Positions 1 to 15,000 of a DNA stretch of 64,000 nt are shown in pieces. Source of the DNA: Eledone cirrhosa (Eukaryota). Position 1 is the first letter of the stretch, and each line of letters opens with the position of its first letter. The stretch lies in contig OZ024743.1 in NCBI GenBank assembly GCA_964016885.1, forward strand, positions 86,490,001 to 86,554,000, in the 5' to 3' direction. A program made the translations under genes and the position numbers. The notes beneath the pieces are model-generated. The model did not search any database. It saw only the letters and a list, made by a program, of their open reading frames with translations, and was not told where the DNA came from.

Positions 1-3000
1 ATAGAGTGTTGCAGATAGAGTGTAGCAGATAGAGTGTAACAGATAGAGTATAGGAGATAGAGTATAGCAGATAGAGTGTAACAGAGTGTAACAGATATAG
101 TGTAACAGATAGAGTATAGCAGATAGAGTGTAACAGATAGAGTGTAGCAGATAGAGTGTAACAGATAGAGTATAGCAGATAGAGTATAACAGATAGAGTG
201 TAACAGATAGAGTGTAGCAGATAGAGTGTAACAGATAGAGTGTAACAGATAGAGTATAACAGATAGAGTGTAGCAGATAGAGTGTAACAGATAGAGTGTA
301 GCAGGTAGAGTGTAACAGATAGAGTGTAACAGATAGAGTGTAGCAGATAGAGTGTAACAGATAGAGTGATACCAGATAGAGTGTAACAGATAGTGTAGCA
401 GATAGAGTGTAGCAGATAGAGTGTAACAGATAGAGTGTAGCAGATAGAGTGTAACAGATAGAGTATAGCAGATAGAGTGTAACAGATAGAGTGTACCAGA
501 TAGAGTGTAACAGATAGAATATAACAGATAGAGTGTAGCAGATAGAGTATAGGAGATAGAGTATAGCAGATAGAGTGTAACAGATAGAATATAACAGATA
601 GAGTGTAGCAGATAGAGTGTTGCAGATAGAGTGTAGCAGATAGAGTGTAACAGATAGAGAGTAACAGATAGAGAGTAACAGATACAGTGTAACAGATAGA
701 GTGTAGCAGATAGAGTGTAGCAGATAGAGGATAACAGATAGAGTGTACCAGATAGAGTGTAACAGATAGAGTGCAACAGATAGAGTGCAACAGATAGAGT
801 GTAACAGATGGAGTGTAGCAGATAGAGTATAGCAGATAGAGTATAGCAGATAGAGTGTAACAGATAGAGTGTAACAGATAGAGTGTAACAGATAGAGTGT
901 AACAGATACAGAGTAACAGATAGAGTGTAACAGATAGAGTGTAGCAGATAGAGTGTAACAGATAGAGTGTAGCAGATAGCGTATAGCAGATAGAGTGTAG
1001 CAGATAGAGTGTAACAGATAGAGTGTACCAGATAGAGTGTAACAGATAGAGTGTAACAGATAGAGTGTAACAGATAGAGTGTACCAGATAGAGTATAGCA
1101 GATAGAGAGTAACAGATAGAGAGTAACAGATACAGTGTAACAGATAGAGTGTAGCAGATAGAGTGTAGCAGATAGAGTGTAATAGATATAGTGTAGCAGA
1201 TAGAGTGTAACAGATAGAGTATAGCAGATAGAGTGTAACAGATAGAGTGTAACAGATAGAGTGTAATAGATAGAGTGTAACAGATAGAGTGTACCAGATA
1301 GAGTGTAACAGATAGAGTGTACCAGATAGAGTGTAGCAGATAGAGTGTAGCAGATAGAGTATAACAGATAGAGTGTACCAGATAGAGTGTAACAGATAGA
1401 GTGTAACAGATAGAGTGTAACAGATAGAGTGTAACAGATAGAGTGTAACAGATAATGTGTAACAGATAGAGTGTAGCAGATAGAGTGTAGCAGATAGAGT
1501 GTAACAGATAGAGTGTAGCAGATAGAGTGTAACAGATAGAGTATAGCAGATAGAGTGTAACAGATAGAGTGTAACAGATAGAGTGTAACAGATAGAGTGT
1601 AGCAGATAGAGTGTAACAGATAGAGTATAGCAGATAGAGTATAACAGATAGAGTGTAACAGATAGAGTGTAGCGGATAGAGTGTAACAGATAGAGTGTAA
1701 CAGATAGAATATAACAGATAGAGTGTAGCAGATAGAGTGTAACAGATAGAGTATAGGAGATAGAGTATAGCAGATAGAGTGTAACAGATAAAATATAACA
1801 GATAGAGTGTAGCAGATAGAGTGTTGCAGATAGAGTGTAGCAGATAGAGTGTAACAGATAGAGTATAGGAGATAGAGTGTAACAGATAGAGTGTAACAGA
1901 TAGTGTAGCAGATAGAGTGTAGCAGATAGAGTGTAACAGATAGAGTGTAGCAGATAGAGTGTAACAGATAGAGTGTAACAGATAGAGTGTAACAGATAGA
2001 GTGTAACAGATAGAGTGTAACAGATAGAGTGTAACAGATAGAGTGTACCAGATAGAGTGTAACAGATAGAATATAACAGATAGAGTGTAGCAGATAGAGT
2101 GTAACAGATAGAGTATAGGAGATAGAGTATAGCAGATAGAGTGTAACAGATAGAGCGTAACAGATAGAGTATAGCAGATAGAGTGTAACAGATAGAGTGT
2201 AACAGATAGAGTGTAGCGGATAGAGTGTAACAGATAGAGTGTAGCGGATAGAGTGTAACAGATAGAGTGTAACAGATAGAGTATAACAGATTGAGTGTAG
2301 CAGATAGAGTGTAACAGATAGAGTGTAACAGATAGAGTGTAGCAGATAGAGTGTAACAGATAGAGTGTAACAGATAGAGTGTAGCAGATAGAGTGTAAGA
2401 GATAGTGTGTAACAGATAGAGTGTAGCAGATAGAGTGTAACAGATAGAGTCTAACATATAGAGTGTAACAGATAGAGAGTAACAGCTAGCGTGTAACAGA
2501 TAGAGTGTAGCAGATAGAGTGTAGCAGATAGAGTGTAATAGATAGAGTGTAATAGATATAGTGTAGCAGATAGAGTGTAACAGATAGAGTGTAACAGATA
2601 GAGTGTAACAGATAGAGTGTAACAGATAGAGTGTACCAGATAGAGTGTAACAGATAGAGTGTAGCAGATAGAGTGTAGCAGATAGAGTATAACAGATAGA
2701 GTGTACCAGATAGAGTGTAACAGATAGAGTGTAACAGATAGAGTGTAACAGATAGAGTGTAACAGATAGAGTGTAACAGATAGTGTGTAACAGATAGAGT
2801 GTAGCAGATAGAGTGTAGCAGATAGAGTGTAACAGATAGAGTGTAGCAGATAGAGTGTAACAGATAGAGTATAGCAGATAGAGTGTAACAGATAGAGTGT
2901 AACAGATAGAGTGTAACAGATAGAGTGTAACAGATAGAGTGTAGCAGATAGAGTGTAACAGATAGAGTATAGCAGATAGAGTATAACAGATAGAGTGTAA

Positions 3001-6000
3001 CAGATAGAGTGTAGCGGATAGAGTGTAACAGATAGAGTGTAACAGATAGAGTATAACAGATAGAGTGTAGCAGATAGAGTGTAGCAGATAGAGTGTAACA
3101 GATAGAGTGTAACAGATAGAGTGTAACAGATATAGTGTAACAGATACAGTATAGCAGATAGAGTGTAACAGATAGAGTGTAGCAGATAGAGTGTAACAGA
3201 TAGAGTATAGCAGATAGAGTATAACAGATAGTGTGTAACAGATAGAGTGTAGCGGATAGAGAGTAACAGATAGAGTGTAACAGATAGAGTATAACAGATA
3301 GAGTGTAGCAGATAGAGTGTAGCAGATAGAGTGTAGCAGGTAGAGTGTAACAGATAGAGTGTAACAGATAGAGTGTAGCAGATAGAGTGTAACAGATAGA
3401 GTGTAGCAGATAGAGTGTAACAGATAGAGTGTAGCAGATAGAGTGTAACAGATAGAGTGTAGCAGATAGAGTATAACAGATAGTGTACCAGATAGAGTGT
3501 AGCAGATAGTGTGTAACAGATAGAGTGATACCAGATAGAGTGTAACAGATAGTGTAGCAGATAGAGTGTAGCAGATAGAGTGTAGCAGATAGAGTGTAAC
3601 AGATAGAGTATAGCAGATAGAGTGTAACAGATAGAGTGTAACAGATAGAGTGTACCAGATAGAGTGTAACAGATAGAATATAACAGACAGAGTGTAGCAG
3701 ATAGAGTGTTGCAGATAGAGTGTAGCAGATAGAGTGTAACAGATAGAGTATAGGAGATAGAGTATAGCAGATAGAGTGTAACAGAGTGTAACAGATATAG
3801 TGTAACAGATAGAGTATAGCAGATAGAGTGTAACAGATAGAGTGTAGCAGATAGAGTGTAACAGATAGAGTATAGCAGATAGAGTATAACAGATAGAGTG
3901 TAACAGATAGAGTGTAGCAGATAGAGTGTAACAGATAGAGTGTAACAGATAGAGTATAACAGATAGAGTGTAGCAGATAGAGTGTAACAGATAGAGTGTA
4001 GCAGGTAGAGTGTAACAGATAGAGTGTAACAGATAGAGTGTAGCAGATAGAGTGTAACAGATAGAGTGATACCAGATAGAGTGTAACAGATAGTGTAGCA
4101 GATAGAGTGTAGCAGATAGAGTGTAACAGATAGAGTGTAGCAGATAGAGTGTAACAGATAGAGTATAGCAGATAGAGTGTAACAGATAGAGTGTACCAGA
4201 TAGAGTGTAACAGATAGAATATAACAGATAGAGTGTAGCAGATAGAGTATAGGAGATAGAGTATAGCAGATAGAGTGTAACAGATAGAATATAACAGATA
4301 GAGTGTAGCAGATAGAGTGTTGCAGATAGAGTGTAGCAGATAGAGTGTAACAGATAGAGAGTAACAGATAGAGAGTAACAGATACAGTGTAACAGATAGA
4401 GTGTAGCAGATAGAGTGTAGCAGATAGAGGATAACAGATAGAGTGTACCAGATAGAGTGTAACAGATAGAGTGTAACAGATAGAGTGTAACAGATACAGA
4501 GTAACAGATAGAGTGTAACAGATAGAGTGTAGCAGATAGAGTGTAACAGATAGAGTGTAGCAGATAGCGTATAGCAGATAGAGTGTAGCAGATAGAGTGT
4601 AACAGATAGAGTGTACCAGATAGAGTGTAACAGATAGAGTGTAACAGATAGAGTGTAACAGATAGAGTGTACCAGATAGAGTATAGCAGATAGAGAGTAA
4701 CAGATAGAGAGTAACAGATACAGTGTAACAGATAGAGCGTAACAGATAGAGTGTAGCAGATAGAGTGTAGCAGATAGAGTGTAATAGATATAGTGTAGCA
4801 GATAGAGTGTAACAGATAGAGTATAGGAGATAGAGTATAGCAGATAGAGTGTAACAGATAGAGTGTAACAGATATAGTGTAATAGATAGAGTGTAACAGA
4901 TAGAGTGTACCAGATAGAGTGTAACAGATAGAGTGTACCAGATAGAGTGTAGCAGATAGAGTGTAGCAGATAGAGTATAACAGATAGAGTGTACCAGATA
5001 GAGTGTAACAGATAGAGTGTAACAGATAGAGTGTAACAGATAGAGTGTAACAGATAGAGTGTAACAGATAATGTGTAACAGATAGAGTGTAGCAGATAGA
5101 GTGTAGCAGATAGAGTGTAACAGATAGAGTGTAGCAGATAGAGTGTAACAGATAGAGTATAGCAGATAGAGTGTAACAGATAGAGTGTAACAGATAGAGT
5201 GTAACAGATAGAGTGTAGCAGATAGAGTGTAACAGATAGAGTGTAACAGATAGAGTGTAGCGGATAGAGTGTAACAGATAGAGTGTAACAGATAGAATAT
5301 AACAGATAGAGTGTAGCAGATAGAGTATAGGAGATAGAGTATAGCAGATAGAGTGTAACAGATAGAATATAACAGATAGAGTGTAGCAGATAGAGTGTTG
5401 CAGATAGAGTGTAGCAGATAGAGTGTAACAGATAGAGTATAGGAGATAGAGTGTAACAGATAGAGTGTAACAGATATAGTGTAACAGATAGAGTATAGCA
5501 GATAGAGTGTAACAGATAGAGTGTAACAGATAGTGTAGCAGATAGAGTGTAGCAGATAGAGTGTAACAGATAGAGTGTAGCAGATAGAGTGTAACAGATA
5601 GAGTATAGCAGATAGAGTGTAACAGATAGAGTGTAACAGATAGAGTGTACCAGATAGAGTGTAACAGATAGAATATAACAGATAGAGTGTAGCAGATAGA
5701 GTGTAACAGATAGAGTATAGGAGATAGAGTATAGCAGATAGAGTGTAACAGATAGAGTGTAACAGATAGAGTATAGCAGATAGAGTGTAACAGATAGAGT
5801 GTAGCAGATAGAGTGTAACAGATAGAGTATAGCAGATAGAGTATAACAGATAGAGTGTAACAGATAGAGTGTAGCGGATAGAGTGTAACAGATAGAGTGT
5901 AGCGGATAGAGTGTAACAGATAGAGTGTAACAGATAGAGTATAACAGATTGAGTGTAGCAGATAGAGTGTAGCAGGTAGAGTGTAACAGATAGAGTGTAA

Positions 6001-9000
6001 CAGATAGAGTGTAGCAGATAGAGTGTAACAGATAGAGTGTAACAGATAGAGTGTAGCAGATAGAGTGTAAGAGATAGTGTGTAACAGATAGAGTGTAGCA
6101 GATAGAGTGTAACAGATAGAGTCTAACATATAGAGTGTAACAGATAGAGAGTAACAGCTAGCGTGTAACAGATAGAGTGTAGCAGATAGAGTGTAGCAGA
6201 TAGAGTGTAATAGATAGAGTGTAATAGATATAGTGTAGCAGATAGAGTGTAACAGATAGAGTGTAACAGATAGAGTGTAACAGATAGAGTGTACCAGATA
6301 GAGTGTAGCAGATAGAGTGTAGCAGATAGAGTATAACAGATAGAGTGTACCATATAGAGTGTAACAGATAGAGTGTAACAGATAGAGTGTAACAGATAGA
6401 GTGTAACAGATAGAGTGTAACAGATAGTGTGTAACAGATAGAGTGTAGCAGATAGAGTGTAGCAGATAGAGTGTAACAGATAGAGTGTAGCAGATAGAGT
6501 GTAACAGATAGAGTATAGCAGATAGAGTGTAACAGATAGAGTGTAACAGATAGAGTGTAGCAGATAGAGTGTAACAGATAGAGTATAGCAGATAGAGTAT
6601 AACAGATAGAGTGTAACAGATAGAGTGTAGCGGATAGAGTGTAACAGATAGAGTGTAACAGATAGAGTGTAATAGATATAGTGTAGCAGATAGAGTGTAA
6701 CAGATAGAGTGTAACAGATAGAGTGTAACAGATAGAGTGTAACAGATAGGGTGTAACAGATGGAGTGTAACAGATACAGTGTAACAGATAGAGTGTAACA
6801 GATAGAGTGTAGCAGATAGAGGATAACAGATAGAGTGTAGCAGATAGAGTGTACCAGATAGAGTGTAACAGATAGAGTGTTACAGATAGTGTGTAACAGA
6901 TAGAGTGTAGCAGATAGAGTGTAGCAGATAGAGTGTAACAGATAGAGTGTAACAGATAGAGTGTAACAGATAGAGTGTAACAGATAGAGTGTAACAGATA
7001 GAGTGTAACAGATAGAGTATAGCAGATAGAGTGTAACAGATAGAGAGTAACAGAGAGAGAGTAACAGATACAGTGTAAGAGATAGAGTGTAGCAGATAGA
7101 GGATAACAGATAGAGTGTAACAGATAGAGTGCAACAGATAGAGTGCAACAGATAGAGTGTAACAGATGGAGTGTAGCAGATAGAGTATAGCAGATAGAGT
7201 GTAACAGATAGAGTGTAACAGATAGAGTGTAACAGATAGAGTGTAACAGATACAGAGTAACAGATAGAGTGTAACAGATAGAGTGTAGCAGATAGAGTGT
7301 AATAGATAGAGTGTAACAGATAGAGTGTAGCAGATAGAGTATAGCAGATAGAGTGTAGCAGATAGAGTGTAACAGATAGAGTGTACCAGATAGAGTGTAA
7401 CAGATAGAGTGTAACAGATAGAGTGTAACAGATAGAATGTACCAGATAGAGTATAGCAGATAGAGTGTAACAGATAGAGTGTAGCAGGTAGAGTGTAACA
7501 GATAGAGTGTAGCAGATAGAGTGTAACAGATAGAGTGTAGCAGATAGAGTGTAACAGATAGAGTGTAGCAGATAGAGTGTAACAGATAGAGTGTAGCAGA
7601 TAGAGTATAACAGATAGTGTACCAGATAGAGTGTAGCAGAGAGTGTGTAACAGATAGAGTGATACCAGATAGTGTAGCAGATAGAGTGTAGCAGATAGAG
7701 TGTAACAGATAGAGTGTAGCAGATAGAGTGTAGCAGATAGAGTGTTGCAGATAGAGTGTAGCAGATAGAGTGTAACAGATAGAGTATAGGAGATAGAGTA
7801 TAGCAGATAGAGTGTAACAGATATAGTGTAACAAATAGAGTATAGCAGATAGAGTGTAGCAGATAGAGTGTAACAGATAGAGTATAGCAGATAGAGTATA
7901 ACAGATAGAGTGTAACAGATAGAGTGTAGCAGATAGAGTGTAACAGATAGAATATAACAGATAGAGTGTAGCAGATAGAGTGTTGCAGATAGAGTGTAGC
8001 AGATAGAGTGTAACAGATAGAGAGTAACAGATAGAGAGTAACAGATACAGTGTAACAGATAGAGTGTAGCAGATAGAGTGTAGCAGATAGAGGATAACAG
8101 ATAGAGTGTACCAGATAGAGTGTAACAGATAGAGTGTAACAGATAGAGTGTAACAGATACAGAGTAACAGATAGAGTGTAACAGATAGAGTGTAGCAGAT
8201 AGAGTGTAACAGATAGAGTGTAGCAGATAGCGTATAGCAGATAGAGTGTAGCAGATAGAGTGTAACAGATAGAGTGTACCAGATAGAGTGTAACAGATAG
8301 AGTGTAACAGATAGAGTGTAACAGATAGAGTGTACCAGATAGAGTATAGCAGATAGAGAGTAACAGATAGAGAGTAACAGATACAGTGTAACAGATAGAG
8401 CGTAACAGATAGAGTGTAGCAGATAGAGTGTAGCAGATAGAGTGTAATAGATATAGTGTAGCAGATAGAGTGTAACAGATAGAGTATAGGAGATAGAGTA
8501 TAGCAGATAGAGTGTAACAGATAGAGTGTAACAGATATAGTGTAATAGATAGAGTGTAACAGATAGAGTGTACCAGATAGAGTGTAACAGATAGAGTGTA
8601 CCAGATAGAGTGTAGCAGATAGAGTGTAGCAGATAGAGTATAACAGATAGAGTGTACCAGATAGAGTGTAACAGATAGAGTGTAACAGATAGAGTGTAAC
8701 AGATAGAGTGTAACAGATAGAGTGTAACAGATAATGTGTAACAGATAGAGTGTAGCAGATAGAGTGTAGCAGATAGAGTGTAACAGATAGAGTGTAGCAG
8801 ATAGAGTGTAACAGATAGAGTATAGCAGATAGAGTGTAACAGATAGAGTGTAACAGATAGAGTGTAACAGATAGAGTGTAGCAGATAGAGTGTAACAGAT
8901 AGAGTGTAACAGATAGAGTGTAGCGGATAGAGTGTAACAGATAGAGTGTAACAGATAGAATATAACAGATAGAGTGTAGCAGATAGAGTATAGGAGATAG

Positions 9001-12000
9001 AGTATAGCAGATAGAGTGTAACAGATAGAATATAACAGATAGAGTGTAGCAGATAGAGTGTTGCAGATAGAGTGTAGCAGATAGAGTGTAACAGATAGAG
9101 TATAGGAGATAGAGTGTAACAGATAGAGTGTAACAGATATAGTGTAACAGATAGAGTATAGCAGATAGAGTGTAACAGATAGAGTGTAACAGATAGTGTA
9201 GCAGATAGAGTGTAGCAGATAGAGTGTAACAGATAGAGTGTAGCAGATAGAGTGTAACAGATAGAGTATAGCAGATAGAGTGTAACAGATAGAGTGTAAC
9301 AGATAGAGTGTACCAGATAGAGTGTAACAGATAGAATATAACAGATAGAGTGTAGCAGATAGAGTGTAACAGATAGAGTATAGGAGATAGAGTATAGCAG
9401 ATAGAGTGTAACAGATAGAGTGTAACAGATAGAGTATAGCAGATAGAGTGTAACAGATAGAGTGTAGCAGATAGAGTGTAACAGATAGAGTATAGCAGAT
9501 AGAGTATAACAGATAGAGTGTAACAGATAGAGTGTAGCGGATAGAGTGTAACAGATAGAGTGTAGCGGATAGAGTGTAACAGATAGAGTGTAACAGATAG
9601 AGTATAACAGATTGAGTGTAGCAGATAGAGTGTAGCAGGTAGAGTGTAACAGATAGAGTGTAACAGATAGAGTGTAGCAGATAGAGTGTAACAGATAGAG
9701 TGTAACAGATAGAGTGTAGCAGATAGAGTGTAAGAGATAGTGTGTAACAGATAGAGTGTAGCAGATAGAGTGTAACAGATAGAGTCTAACATATAGAGTG
9801 TAACAGATAGAGAGTAACAGCTAGCGTGTAACAGATAGAGTGTAGCAGATAGAGTGTAGCAGATAGAGTGTAATAGATAGAGTGTAATAGATATAGTGTA
9901 GCAGATAGAGTGTAACAGATAGAGTGTAACAGATAGAGTGTAACAGATAGAGTGTACCAGATAGAGTGTAGCAGATAGAGTGTAGCAGATAGAGTATAAC
10001 AGATAGAGTGTACCATATAGAGTGTAACAGATAGAGTGTAACAGATAGAGTGTAACAGATAGAGTGTAACAGATAGAGTGTAACAGATAGTGTGTAACAG
10101 ATAGAGTGTAGCAGATAGAGTGTAGCAGATAGAGTGTAACAGATAGAGTGTAGCAGATAGAGTGTAACAGATAGAGTATAGCAGATAGAGTGTAACAGAT
10201 AGAGTGTAACAGATAGAGTGTAGCAGATAGAGTGTAACAGATAGAGTATAGCAGATAGAGTATAACAGATAGAGTGTAACAGATAGAGTGTAGCGGATAG
10301 AGTGTAACAGATAGAGTGTAACAGATAGAGTGTAATAGATATAGTGTAGCAGATAGAGTGTAACAGATAGAGTGTAACAGATAGAGTGTAACAGATAGAG
10401 TGTAACAGATAGGGTGTAACAGATGGAGTGTAACAGATACAGTGTAACAGATAGAGTGTAACAGATAGAGTGTAGCAGATAGAGGATAACAGATAGAGTG
10501 TAGCAGATAGAGTGTACCAGATAGAGTGTAACAGATAGAGTGTTACAGATAGTGTGTAACAGATAGAGTGTAGCAGATAGAGTGTAGCAGATAGAGTGTA
10601 ACAGATAGAGTGTAACAGATAGAGTGTAACAGATAGAGTGTAACAGATAGAGTGTAACAGATAGAGTGTAACAGATAGAGTATAGCAGATAGAGTGTAAC
10701 AGATAGAGAGTAACAGAGAGAGAGTAACAGATACAGTGTAAGAGATAGAGTGTAGCAGATAGAGGATAACAGATAGAGTGTAACAGATAGAGTGCAACAG
10801 ATAGAGTGCAACAGATAGAGTGTAACAGATGGAGTGTAGCAGATAGAGTATAGCAGATAGAGTGTAACAGATAGAGTGTAACAGATAGAGTGTAACAGAT
10901 AGAGTGTAACAGATACAGAGTAACAGATAGAGTGTAACAGATAGAGTGTAGCAGATAGAGTGTAATAGATAGAGTGTAACAGATAGAGTGTAGCAGATAG
11001 AGTATAGCAGATAGAGTGTAGCAGATAGAGTGTAACAGATAGAGTGTACCAGATAGAGTGTAACAGATAGAGTGTAACAGATAGAGTGTAACAGATAGAA
11101 TGTACCAGATAGAGTATAGCAGATAGAGTGTAACAGATAGAGTGTAGCAGGTAGAGTGTAACAGATAGAGTGTAGCAGATAGAGTGTAACAGATAGAGTG
11201 TAGCAGATAGAGTGTAACAGATAGAGTGTAGCAGATAGAGTGTAACAGATAGAGTGTAGCAGATAGAGTATAACAGATAGTGTACCAGATAGAGTGTAGC
11301 AGAGAGTGTGTAACAGATAGAGTGATACCAGATAGTGTAGCAGATAGAGTGTAGCAGATAGAGTGTAACAGATAGAGTGTAGCAGATAGAGTGTAGCAGA
11401 TAGAGTGTTGCAGATAGAGTGTAGCAGATAGAGTGTAACAGATAGAGTATAGGAGATAGAGTATAGCAGATAGAGTGTAACAGATATAGTGTAACAAATA
11501 GAGTATAGCAGATAGAGTGTAGCAGATAGAGTGTAACAGATAGAGTATAGCAGATAGAGTATAACAGATAGAGTGTAACAGATAGAGTGTAGCAGATAGA
11601 GTGTAACAGATAGAGTGTAACAGATAGAGTATAACAGATAGAGTGTAGCAGATAGAGTGTAACAGATAGAGTGTAGCTGGTAGAGTGTAACAGATAGAGT
11701 GTAACAGATAGAGTGTAGCAGATAGAGGATAACAGATGGAGTGTAGCAGATAGAGTGTACCAGATAGAGTGTAACAGATAGAGTGTAACAGATAGAGTGT
11801 AACAGATAGTGTGTAACAGATAGAGTGTAGCAGATAGAGTATAGCAGATAGAGTGTAACAGATAGAGTGTAACAGATAGAGTGTAACAGATAGAGTGTAA
11901 CAGATAGAGTGTAACAGATAGAGTGTAACAGATAGATTATAGCAGATAGAGTGTAACAGATAGAGAGTAACAGATAGAGAGTAACAGATACAGTGTAACA

Positions 12001-15000
12001 GATACAGTGTAACAGATAGAGTGTAGCAGATAGAGGATAACAGATAGAGTGTACCAGATAGAGTGTAACAGATAGAGTGCAACAGATAGAGTGCAACAGA
12101 TAGAGTGTAACAGATGGAGTGTAGCAGATAGAGTATAGCAGATAGAGTGTAACAGATAGAGTGTAACAGATAGAGTGTAACAGATAGAGTGTAACAGATA
12201 CAGAGTAACAGATAGAGTGTAACAGATAGAGTGTAGCAGATAGAGTGTAATAGATAGAGTGTAACAGATAGAGTGTAGCAGATAGAGTATAGCAGATAGA
12301 GTGTAGCAGATAGAGTGTAACAGATAGAGTGTACCAGATAGAGTGTAACAGATAGAGTGTAACAGATAGAGTGTAACAGATAGAGTGTACCAGATAGAGT
12401 ATAGCAGATAGAGAGTAACAGATAGAGAGTAACAGATACAGTGTTACAGATAGAGCGTAACAGATAGAGTGTAGCAGATAGAGTGTAGCAGATAGAGTGT
12501 AATAGATATAGTGTAGCAGATAGAGTGTAACAGATAGAGTGTAACAGATAGAGTGTAATAGATAGAGTGTAACAGATAGAGTGTACCAGATAGAGTGTAA
12601 CAGATAGAGTGTACCAGATAGAGTGTAGCAGATAGAGTGTAACAGATAGAGTGTAACAGATAGAGTGTAGCAGATAGAGTGTAAGAGATAGTGTGTAACA
12701 GATAGAGTGTAGCAGATAGAGTGTAACAGATAGAGTGTAACATATAGAGTGTAACAGATAGAGAGTAACAGCTAGCGTGTAACAGATAGAGTGTAGCAGA
12801 TAGAGTGTAGCAGATAGAGTGTAATAGATAGAGTGTAATAGATATAGTGTAGCAGATAGTGTGTAACAGATAGAGTGTAACAGATAGAGTGTAACAGATA
12901 GAGTGTAATAGATAGAGTGTAACAGATAGAGTGTACCAGATAGAGTGTAACAGATAGAGTGTACCAGATAGAGTGTAGCAGATAGAGTGTAGCAGATAGA
13001 GTATAACAGATAGAGTGTACCAGATAGAGTGTAACAGATAGAGTGTAACAGATAGAGTGTAACAGATAGAGTGTAACAGATAGTGTGTAACAGATAGAGT
13101 GTAGCAGATAGAGTGTAGCAGATAGAGTGTAACAGATAGAGTGTAGCAGATAGAGTGTAACAGATAGAGTATAGCAGATAGAGTGTAACAGATAGAGTGT
13201 AACAGATAGAGTGTAGCAGATAGAGTGTAACAGATAGAGTATAGCAGATAGAGTATAACAGATAGAGTGTAACAGATAGAGTGTAGCGGATAGAGTGTAA
13301 CAGATAGAGTGTAACAGATAGAGTATAACAGATAGAGTGTAGCAGATAGAGTGTAGCAGATAGAGTGTAACAGATAGAGTGTAACAGATATAGTGTAACA
13401 GATACAGTATAGCAGATAGAGTGTAACAGATAGAGTGTAGCAGATAGAGTGTAACAGATAGAGTATAACAGATAGAGTGTAACAGATAGAGTGTAGCAGA
13501 TAGAGTGTAGCAGATAGAGTGTTGCAGATAGAGTGTAGCAGATAGAGTGTAACAGATAGAGTATAGGAGATAGAGTATAGCAGATAGAGTGTAACAGATA
13601 GAGTGTAACAGATATAGTGTAACAGATAGAGTGTAACAGATAGAGTATAGCAGATAGAGTAAAACAGATAGAGTGTAGCAGATAGAGTGTAACAGATAGA
13701 GTGTAACAGATAGAGTATAACAGATAGAGTGTAGCAGATAGAGTGTTACAGATAGAGTGTAGCTGGTAGAGTGTAACAGATAGAGTGTAACAGATAGAGT
13801 GTAGCAGATAGAGGATAACAGATAGAGTGTAGCAGATAGAGTGTAACAGATAGAGTGTAACAGATAGTGTGTAAATGATAGAGTGTAGCAGATAGAGTAT
13901 AGCAGATAGAGTGTAACAGATAGAGTGTAACAGATAGAGTGTAACAGATAGAGTGTAACAGATAGAGTGTAACAGATAGAGTATAGCAGATAGAGTGTAA
14001 CAGATAGAGAGTAACAGATAGAGAGTAACAGATACAGTGTAACAGATAGAGTGTAGCAGATAGAGGATAACAGATAGAGTGTACCAGATAGAGTGTAACA
14101 GATAGAGTGCAACAGATAGAGTGCAACAGATAGAGTGCAACAGATAGAGTGTAACAGATGGAGTGTAGCAGATAGAGTATAGCAGATAGAGTATAGCAGA
14201 TAGAGTGTAACAGATAGAGTGTAACAGATAGAGTGTAACAGATAGAGTGTAACAGATACAGAGTAACAGATAGAGTGTAACAGATAGAGTGTAGCAGATA
14301 GAGTGTAACAGATAGAGTGTAGCAGATAGCGTATAGCAGATAGAGTGTAGCAGATAGAGTGTAACAGATAGAGTGTACCAGATAGAGTGTAACAGATAGA
14401 GTGTAACAGATAGAGTGTAACAGATAGAGTGTACCAGATAGAGTATAGCAGATAGAGAGTAACAGATAGAGAGTAACAGATACAGTGTAACAGATAGAGT
14501 GTAGCAGATAGAGTGTAATAGATATAGTGTAGCAGATAGAGTGTAACAGATAGAGTATAGCAGATAGAGTGTAACAGATAGAGTGTAACAGATAGAGTGT
14601 AATAGATAGAGTGTAACAGATAGAGTGTACCAGATAGAGTGTAACAGATAGAGTGTACCAGATAGAGTGTAGCAGATAGAGTGTAGCAGATAGAGTATAA
14701 CAGATAGAGTGTACCAGATAGAGTGTAACAGATAGAGTGTAACAGATAGAGTGTAACAGATAGAGTGTAACAGATAGAGTGTAACAGATAATGTGTAACA
14801 GATAGAGTGTAGCAGATAGAGTGTAGCAGATAGAGTGTAACAGATAGAGTGTAGCAGATAGAGTGTAACAGATAGAGTATAGCAGATAGAGTGTAACAGA
14901 TAGAGTGTAACAGATAGAGTGTAACAGATAGAGTGTAGCAGATAGAGTGTAACAGATAGAGTATAGCAGATAGAGTATAACAGATAGAGTGTAACAGATA